DNA from: a virus
Reading direction: 5' to 3' (one strand)
DNA: 64,000 nucleotides
Virus record (IMG/VR): IMGVR_UViG_3300008117_004657
Span: 1 to 64,000 of that record
Part shown: positions 1-9,800 of the stretch, one piece after another
Position numbering within the stretch: the stretch's first letter is position 1
Layout: each line of letters begins with the position of its first letter
Program-made: the position numbers and the translations under genes
Notes under the pieces: model-generated
What the model was told of the DNA's origin: nothing
Seen by the model: only the letters and a program-made list of their open reading frames with translations
Databases searched by the model: none

Positions 1-507
1 ATTGTTAGAAGTTCCTATTGCAGCACCACCAGCAGCGGAACCTCTTTGTGCGCCACCACCACCTGAACCGCCAGGTGCACCTGGATTGGTTACACCACCA
101 GAACCTGCTCCACCTCCTATGGCAGTTCTTGTTGTAAAATCAGTACCCGCGATTTGAGAATTTGCACCATTCGTAGATGCACCAACACCACCAAGAGCAA
201 TATAAGGTGTTGATCCAGCAGCACCAGCACCACCTACTATAACAGTATATGTTATTCCATTAGTAAGTAAAATCGAAGATTCAAAAATTAATCCACCAGC
301 ACCGCCGCCTCCGCCGCCTCCGCCAGCGCGGCCACCGGCGCCGCCACCAGCAACAACTAAAATATCAACTATAGTTGGTGAACCAGGCCATTTATTAGAA
401 CTTTTTAAATATTGGGCTTCATTAATACTAGAATAAACTCCAGTACTACTACCAGTAATTGTTCTTTCTACTCCAATGATTCCAAAATTTGACCTAACTC
501 TAGGCAT
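1..507 (-). CDS. Glycine-rich virion/fibre-associated protein (partial, runs off the left edge)
   Basis: Translated by hand from the ATG at 505-507, which overlaps the upstream stop (TAATG): MPRVRSNFGIIG...KWPGSPTIVDILVVAGGGAGGRAGGGGGGGAGG. This is the glycine-rich domain motif common in phage structural proteins. Not in the ORF track. Confidence 0.75.
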   Translation of the reverse strand, partial: MPRVRSNFGIIGVERTITGSSTGVYSSINEAQYLKSSNKWPGSPTIVDILVVAGGGAGGRAGGGGGGGGAGGLIFESSILLTNGITYTVIVGGAGAAGSTPYIALGGVGASTNGANSQIAGTDFTTRTAIGGGAGSGGVTNPGAPGGSGGGGAQRGSAAGGAAIGTSNN

Positions 508-872
508 TAACTTATAACCTCATAAGAGACTACACCGTGAACAGTTGAATTTGCTGAACAAGACAATTGTAAAACATCACTTTCTTCCATATAAAATGAA
601 GTATCTTTTGCTACAACAACTAAAGTAGAAGTAGCAGGTATTGAAATAGATCCAGCAATATAATAAGATGTTGGTGAAGCAGAATTTCTATTAAAAATTA
701 CATTGGCTGTAACTGTTGCAGCACTATAATTTGCAAGTTGTATGTTATTTACTTTATATACTTTACCACTACTTGCAGAATTCGTCACCACGTTTGATAC
801 AACTGTGGTAACATTTGCTAAATTTGTATTCGCTGTTATTTGACTTACATTAACTATATTTGGTGCTGCCAT
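507..872 (-). CDS. Small beta-rich virion structural protein (fibre adaptor-like)
   Basis: 121 aa MAAPNIVNV...YMEESDVLQL...VSYEVIS; paralogous pattern to 11849..12175; follows the fibre ending AIVFGG. Confidence 0.7.
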   Translation of the reverse strand: MAAPNIVNVSQITANTNLANVTTVVSNVVTNSASSGKVYKVNNIQLANYSAATVTANVIFNRNSASPTSYYIAGSISIPATSTLVVVAKDTSFYMEESDVLQLSCSANSTVHGVVSYEVIS

Positions 873-876
873 TTAA

Positions 877-3800
877 TTATCCTCCGAATACTATCGCCAT
901 TGCAATAGATTTACCTGTTGTTGCTGCCGTATTTGCTTTATCAAAAGCCGCTTGTGCAAGAACTGTTGAACCACCAGGATCACCCACAAGTTCTCGCACT
1001 TGTACAATTTCACCATTCGTTGGTGCCGTTGAGAATGATAGTGTGCTTCCACTTACAGTATAATCAGTAATAGGTCTTTGTGCGATACCATTTTGGAACA
1101 CAAGAACACTATTTGCTGAAACGCCACTCGTAACAGTAAAGTTTGTATTTGAACCATCTCCAAGGTAATTTCTATTTATGAACGTACCAAAGATATTCTT
1201 AATAGTGGTAATTTCAATATTTGCAGTATTGGGTGGTGCTTCATCGAAGGTAATTGTTGTACCACTTACAGAGTATGTTAATCTGGATTGCGTTACACCA
1301 TCAAACACTGCGGTAACAAAATTCTCATTTGCCGGTGTGGTAGTTAATGTAAATTGTGTACATGCACCCGTGCCAGTAAAGTTATCAACAACAATTTCCG
1401 AAGAGCCGCCAGCAACTTTATTTACTAACGAAACAATATCAATAGCAATATTATTTTCTGGAGCTTCAGAGAATGTTACAATAGAACCCGATAAAGAGTA
1501 TGCTGACTTGTGTTGTAAAATACCGTTCAAAGAAACAATTGTATAATCTTCACCACTTGGTTCTTGTGTCAGTGTAAATTGTGTACAGGCACCAGTTCCA
1601 GTGAATGAGTCCACTTTCATCGTAGATGCATATTGACCTGTACCTCCAGCGGCACTTCTTGCCCACGAATCTGTACCAGAACCACCAGTATTTGCTGCAG
1701 CAAAAGCCGCATTAGCATAACTGGATGCTGAGTTGGCTGTTGAGAAAGCAGCATTAGCGTAGACTTCACCAGAATCAGCCGCAAATCTTAAATAATTTGT
1801 GCCATCATTTGTGAATTCCCATTTATCATCAGGTTCTACCCAACGAATTTGCACAGGATTTTCATCACCACGAAGAAGTCTAATACCAGCATTTTGTGTT
1901 GGTACTCCTGTTGTTCCGTGACCAATATCAATTATATGGTCTGTAGTTCTAAATGTAGATACAGTAAAGGTAACTGTGCATCCTGTCACACTAATATTAC
2001 CATTTACCGTTAAATCACCTGTTATAGTGCCACCACTTTCAACATTTAGTGAATTATTTGCTCTTGCGTATGCTGAGTTAGCATAAGACGAAGCACTATT
2101 CGATGCACCAAATGCTGAATTAGCATAGTCACCAGATGTTACAGCTCTCTGATCAGCAGTCACAGCATTTGTATTTGCAGTATTAGCAACACCAAATGCT
2201 GAATTTGCGTATGATCCTGATGATGAAGCTTTTTGATCAGCAGTATTAGCAGTACCATATGCCGCATTAGCATATACGCCTGAAGTTACAGCACGTTGAT
2301 CAGCAGTTGCGGCAGCAGTGTTTGCAGTGTTAGCGACACCAAATGATGAGTTAGCATACACACCTGATGTTACAGCTTTCTGGTCTGCTGTCGCAGCGTT
2401 AGTATTCGCTGTATTTGCCTGACCATATGCTGAGTTAGCATAGTCGCCTGAAGTAACTGCACGTTGATCAGCGGTTGCTGCATTGGTAGTGGCAGTATTT
2501 GCCTGACCGTATGCTGAGTTAGCATAAGTGCCACTTGTTACAGCTCTTTGATCAGCAGTAGCAGCATTAGTGTTTGCAGTATTAGCTTGACCAAAAGCAG
2601 CATTAGAATATTCGCCTGAGCTTACTGCTTTCTGCTCTGCGGTATTAGCTGCAGCAAATCCTGAGTTGGCATAACTTGATGCTGCGTTGGCAGCATTTCT
2701 TACCCAAGTGTCAGTGGCGTTGTTAGCAGCTGCAAAAGCTCCGTTAGCATAACTTGCTGCCGAATTGGCAACACCAAATGCAGCATTAGCGTAAGCACTA
2801 GAATCTCCTGAACCTCCACCAGCAAAAGTGTTAATTTCAATATCCGATTCATCTGGAGGTGCAGTAACAAAAGTAATCACATTACCAGATAGTGAATAAT
2901 TATTTTTAGACTGAACTAAACCGGAGACACTTACTAAAGTTAAATTCTCGTTCGAAGGAGTATTTACAAGAGTAAACTGAGTACAAGATCCGTTACCATT
3001 AAAGGTATCAATATAAACTGTTAGTGGTACAGCAGATCCAACTAATGTGTTGGCAAAATTAAATGCTGCGTTTGCTTGAATATAACTACTGTTCGCAGTA
3101 TTTCTTGCCCATGAATCTGTAGACGAACCGCCTGTATTAGCAGCTGCAAAGGCTGCGTTAGCATAATTAGAAGCTGAATTAGCAGCATCTCTTACCCAAG
3201 TATCTACAGCATTATTGGCTGCAGCAAATGCCGAATTAGCATAAGAACCAGCTGAAACTGCTTTCTGGTCTGCGGTGTTGGCGGCAGCATAACCACTATT
3301 AGCATACGAACCAGACGTTACAGCTTTCTGATCAGCAGTGTTAGCAACATCATAAGCCGAGTTAGCGTAAGCACCAGAAGTTACTGCTCTTTGATCTGCT
3401 GTAGCAGCATTTGTATTTGCGGTGTTAGCCTGACCATATGCCGAATTAGCATAAACTCCTGATGTTACAGCTCTCTGATCAGCAGTATTAGCCTGACCAT
3501 AAGCAGAATTAGCATATGTGCCTGAAGTTACAGCTTTCTGATCTGCGGTATTGGCAGCAGAATAACCACTATTAGCATAAGAAGATGCTGAATTGGCTGC
3601 GGTTCTTACCCAAGTATCAGTGGCGTTATTTGCAGCGGCATAAGCAGCATTAGCATAAGACTCTGCTGCCTGTGATGCTAAATTACTATAACTTGATCCA
3701 TCATTAGTAAACTGCCAATATTTTGAAGTTTCATTCCATCTAAATTGAACTGGAACTTCATCACCTCTAGTAATTCTCAGTCCAGCATTTTCTGTTGGTG

Positions 3801-6800
3801 TACCTGTTGTAAAGTTGCTATTTAAATCAATTAAATTGTCAGCTAAATTTAATGTCTCAGTGTTAATAATTGTTTGTGTACCGCTAACTGTCAAATTACC
3901 AGTAACAACAACATCACCAGAAATTGTACCTCCTGAAGATGAGTATTTTGTATTGGCAACACCAAATGCAGCATTAGCGTAAGCACCAGAAGTTACGGCT
4001 TTTTGGTCTGACGTAACTGCATTACTATTAGCAGTATTAGCAAATGCAAAAGCAGAATTAGCGTAATTTGAAGATGTGTTAGCAACATCAAATGCAGCAT
4101 TAGCGTGTGGTCTAGCATAATTATCTACTGAACCAGAAGATACCGAATTAGCTAAAGCATAAGCAGCATTAGCATAAACACCTGAAGTTACTGCTCTTTG
4201 GTCAGCCGTTGCAACATTGGTGTTAGCAGTGTTTGCTTGACCGTATGCCGAGTTAGCATAAGAACTAGATGAATTAGCAGCATCTCTTACCCAGGTATCC
4301 ACAGCGTTATTGGCAGCTGCAAAAGCGGCATTAGCATAAACACTAGCACTAACAATATTTGCGTTTAATACAGGTATAGAACTGAGAACAGAATTAACAT
4401 TAAGGTTAGCAATATTAGCAACATTAAATGCAGAGTTGGCATAAACACTAGCACTAACAATATTCGAGTTTATTGTAGGTAAAGCGTTTATAACAGTCGT
4501 AACACTATTATTAGTAATATTTGCATAACCATAGGCAGCGTTAGCATAAACACCACTTGTTGTCGCTTTTTGATCAGCAGTCGCAGCATTTGTATTAGCA
4601 GTGTTTGCTTGATCAAATGCAACATTTGTTCTTGTGTCTAGCCCAGTTAATTGAACTTGTTGACCAGAAGAAGTAATCGCTAACGATCCATTAACATTAC
4701 TTAAAACTATACCATCTATATTAACTGAACCCGGACCAACGAATAAACTATGCCAACGATAAGTTTCTGAGCCTAGGTAATGTACATTCGTTGTAGATGG
4801 TGTTAGATTACCAGTTATACTTGAACTACCAGATAATGGTATAGCATTATTAGCGATACCAAATGCTGAGTTGGCGTAATCACCAGAAGTTACTGCTCTT
4901 TGATCGGCAGTAGCAGCATTAGTGGTAGCTGTGTTAGCTTGACCATACGCACTGTTAGCATAACTTGATGCTGCATTAGCGGTATTAAATGCTCCGTTCG
5001 AATGTGGTCTAGCATACCCATCAACCGAACCAGCTGAAACTGTATTAGCTAAAGCAAATGCGGCATTAGCATAAACACTTGAACTATTTGCTACACCAAA
5101 AGCAGAGTTAGCATATGATCCTGAAAGTCCTGCGCCGCCGCCAGCAAATGTATTAATTTCAACTTTTGAATTATTTGGTGGCGCTGTACTAAAGGTAACT
5201 ACGTTACCCGTTAATGAATAATTATTCTTAGACTGAACTAAACCAGAGATACTGATTAAAGTTAAATTTTCATCAGCAGGGGTATTTACAAGAGTAAACT
5301 GTGTACAAGAATTATCACCAACAAAACTATCAACATAAACAGTTACGGCTGTTCCATTTCCTACTAATGTATTTGCAAAATTAAATGCTGTATTTGCATG
5401 TATCGAAGCACTATTAGACAAATCTCTAGCAGTTTGATCTACATTACCAGATGATAGTGTATTAGCTAAAGCATATGCAGCATTAGCATAAACACTAGCG
5501 CTTATAGAGTTATTATTAGCGGTATTGGCTGTAAAGAATCCACTATTAGCATAACTGGATGCTGAATTTGCAGCATCTCTTACCCAACTATCTGTTGAAT
5601 TGTTGGCTGCTGCAAACGCTGAGTTAGCATAACTTGATGCAGAGTTAGCAACAATATATGCTGCATTAGCATAACTACCCGATGTGACTGCTCTTTGATC
5701 GGCTGTTGCAGCATTCGTGTTAGCAGTGTTTGCTTGAGTATAACCACTATTAGCGTAACTTGATGCAGAGTTAGCTGCATCTCTTACCCAACTATCGGTT
5801 GCGTTATTAGCAGCTGCAAAAGCAGCATTAGCATATACACCTGAGGTAACAGTTCTTTGGTCTGCCGTATTGGCTGCACTATAAGCCGAATTGGCGTATG
5901 ATCCAGATGAAACAGCTTTTTGATCCGCAGTGTTGGCTGCAGCGAATCCTGAATTAGCATAACTACCAGATGTGACTGCTTTTTGATCAGCTGTAGCGGC
6001 ATCGGTAGTAGCTGTATTTGCTTGTACATATGCAGCATTAGAATATGTGCCTGAACTTGTTGCTTTCTGATCCGCAGTATTTGCTTGACCGTATGCTGAG
6101 TTGGCGTAACTTGATGCAGCATTAGCTGCATTTCTTACCCACGTATCCGTAGCATTATTAGCAGCCGCGAAAGCACCGTTAGCATAACTTGATGCTGAGT
6201 TGGCAGTATCAAATGCAGCATTAGCGTGTGGTCTGGCATACCCATCTACCGAACCAGCGGAAACAGTATTTGCTAAGGCATATGCTGCATTAGCATAAAC
6301 ACCTGCTGATACTGCTTTTTGGTCTGAGGTATTAGCTGCAGCAAAAGATGAATTAGTGTGATCTATTGGATCATAGCCTCTAATTCTAATTGTATTGGTT
6401 ATAACATTAGCAGTTAAATTAGCAATTCTAAATGATGAATTGGCAACATCGATTGTATTATTTGGTGAAAGTCCTTCGAAACTAGGATCCAAATAATTAT
6501 CAAATAAGTAGTATAGTCCATCCGTCGCATCACGGAATAAGCCTGTATGTCTCTTGTTTACACCGGCATCTGGACTATAGTGACCAAAGAAACCAATATC
6601 TAAGTTATCAGAGGTTTCATTATTAGCAGCTAACTGAATTAATGAATCATCTATTTTTATACTTGATACAGAAATAGAAGTGGCATTGCCTAATACTACT
6701 AAATTACCTGTAATGTTTAAATCACCCGAAATCGTTCCACCGGTTGCAGATAATTTTGCATTAGCAGTGCTGTATGCAGAATTAGCATAAACACCAGAGG

Positions 6801-9800
6801 TTACTGCTCTTTGATCGGCCGTATTTGCAACAGCAAAAGATGCATTAGCATAACTAGATGATGAGTTAGCAGCATCTCTTACCCAACTATCAGTTGCGTT
6901 ATTGGCAGCAGCGAAAGCAGCATTAGCATATACACCTGAAGTTACAGCCTTCTGATCAGCTGTATTTGCTTGACCATAAGCAGAGTTGGCATAACTAGAA
7001 GCTGAATTGGCAGCACCTCTTACCCAAGTGTCTACAGCATTATTAGCAGTTGCAAAAGCTGCATTAGCATAGGCACCAGAAGTAACAGCTTTTTGGTCTG
7101 CCGTATTAGCAACACTAAATGCTGAATTAGCGTAACTACCAGAAGTTACTGCTCTTTGATCAGCAGTAGCAGCGTTTGTTGTAGCAGTATTTGCTTGACT
7201 GTATGCTGAATTAGCGTAACTACCAGAAGTTACTGCTCTTTGATCAGCAGTAGCAGCGTTTGTTGTGGTAGTATTTGCTTGACTGTATGCTGAGTTAGCG
7301 TAACTACCAGAAGTTACAGCACGTTGGTCAGCTGTTGCAGCGTTTGTTGTGGTAGTATTTGCTTGACTGTATGCTGAGTTAGCATAAACACCTGATGATA
7401 CTGCTTTTTGATCTGCGGTATTAGAAGAAACAAAAGCACTATTAGCGTAACTGGATGCAGCATTAGCAGTATTAAACGCACCATTTGAATGTGGTCTAGC
7501 GTAATTGTCAACTGATCCAGAAGTTGCTGAATTAGCTAAAGCAAAAGCAGCATTAGCATATACACCAGCACTATTACTTTCTGGTGCTCCAGTAAAAACT
7601 ATTACATCGATATTATCATTTAATTTTGGAGCTTCAGAAAATACAACATTTGCTCCAGATAAACTATATGAAGATTTTAGTTGCGTAACACCTTCTATGT
7701 TAATTATTGTATAATCTTCACTTGCTGGAGTTGTTGATAATTGAAATGTTGTACAAGATCCTGTACCAACAAAATTTTCACTTAAAAGACTTAGTGTAAA
7801 ACTACCATTTCCTGCTACAGCTGAAGCTAAATTATATGCCGTATTAGCTCTATTGAAAGCACCATTAGCATAACTAGATGAACTATTTGCAACACCAAAT
7901 GCAACATTGGCGTATACACCACTTGTTACAGCTTTCTGATCAGCTGTATTTGCTTGACCGTATGCTGAGTTAGCATAAGATCCACTCGTTACAGCTCTTT
8001 GATCAGCAGTAGCAGCATTTGTTGTTGCTGTATTGGCTTGACCATAAGCAGTATTGGCATAAACACCAGAAGTTACAGCTCTTTGATCTGCTGTTGCTGC
8101 ATTTGTTGTAGCAGTGTTTGCTTGACCATATGCTGAATTAGCATAGTCACCTGAAGTTACGGCTTTCTGGTCTGCGGTATTGGCACTAGAGAAAGCAGAA
8201 TTGGCATAACTACCAGATGTCACAGCTCTCTGATCGGCAGTAGCAGCATTTGTTGTGGCAGTATTTGCTTGACCATATGCTGAATTAGCGTAGGCGCCAC
8301 TTGTTACAGCTTTTTGATCCGCAGTATTGGCCGCAGCGAATCCTGAATTAGCATAAACACCTGCTGATACTGCTTTTTGATCTGCGGTGTTAGCAACATT
8401 ATAAGCAGAATTGGCATAACTTGAAGCCGAATTAGCTGTAATATAAGCCGCATTAGCATGAGGTCTAGCATAAGTATCTACAGCACCAGACGATATGGAA
8501 TTGGCTAATGCATAGGCTGAATTAGCATAAACACCAGCACTTATAGCATTGGTATTAGCGGTGTTAGCTGCAGCGAATCCTGAATTAGCATAAGAACCAG
8601 AAGTTACTGCTCTTTGGTCTGCGGTATTGGCACTAGAGAAAGCAGAGTTAGCATATGTTTCTGCTGCCCTTGAGGCCACATTACTGTATGTTGTTCCATC
8701 TGTTGTAAATTGCCAATACTTAGAAGTTTCGTTCCATCTAAATTGAGTTGCAATTTCATCACCACGAATAACTCTGATACCGGCATTTTCTGTTGGTGTA
8801 CCAGCAGTAAAATTACTATTTAAATCTATAATATTGTCAAATATTTGAACGACTTCAGTATTGATATATGTCTGTGTGCCACTAACTGTTAAGTTACCTG
8901 TAATTACAACATCGCCACTTACTGTGCCACCAGAAGATGAGTAACGAGTATTAGCTAAAGCATAAGCAGCATTAGCATAAACACCAGAAGTTACTGCTCT
9001 TTGATCCGCCGTATTAGCCTGTCCATAAGCAGCATTAGCATAAACACCAGAAGTTACTGCTCTTTGATCGGCAGTATTAGCACCAGTGAAAGCAGAATTG
9101 GCATAACTACCAGATGCCACAGCTCTTTGATCAGCCGTATTAGCCGCAACAAAAGCACCATTAGCATAACTTGATGCTGAGTTGGCAGTATCATAAGCAG
9201 CATTAGCGTGTGGTCTAGCATAATTATCTACTGAACCAGAAGATACCGAATTAGCTAAAGCATAAGCAGCATTAGCATAAACACCTGAAGTTACTGCTCT
9301 TTGATCTGCTGTTGCTGCATTTGTTGTGGCAGTATTTGCTTGACCATATGCTGAATTAGCATAAGAACCAGATGTTACTGCTCTTTGATCTGCTGTATTA
9401 GCTGCACTAAACGAAGTATTAGCATAAACACCAGAAGTTACAGCTCTTTGATCTGATGTATTAGCAGCACTAAACCCAGAATTAGCATACGAACCACTTG
9501 TTACAGCTCTTTGATCAGCCGTTGTTGCATTTGTTGTAGCGGTGTTAGCTTGAGTATAAGCAGAGTTAGCATAAGATCCTGATGCAACAGCTTTTTGATC
9601 CGCCGTATTAGCCTGGTCATATGCAGTATTAGCATAAACACCAGAAGTTACAGATTTTTGATCAGCGGTAGCAGCGTTAGTGGTAGCAGTGTTAGCTTGG
9701 CCGTATGCTGAATTGGCATAACTCGAAGCAGCATTAGCAGCATTTCTTACCCAAGTATCAGTTGAATTATTAGCAGCTGCAAAAGCAGCATTAGCATATA

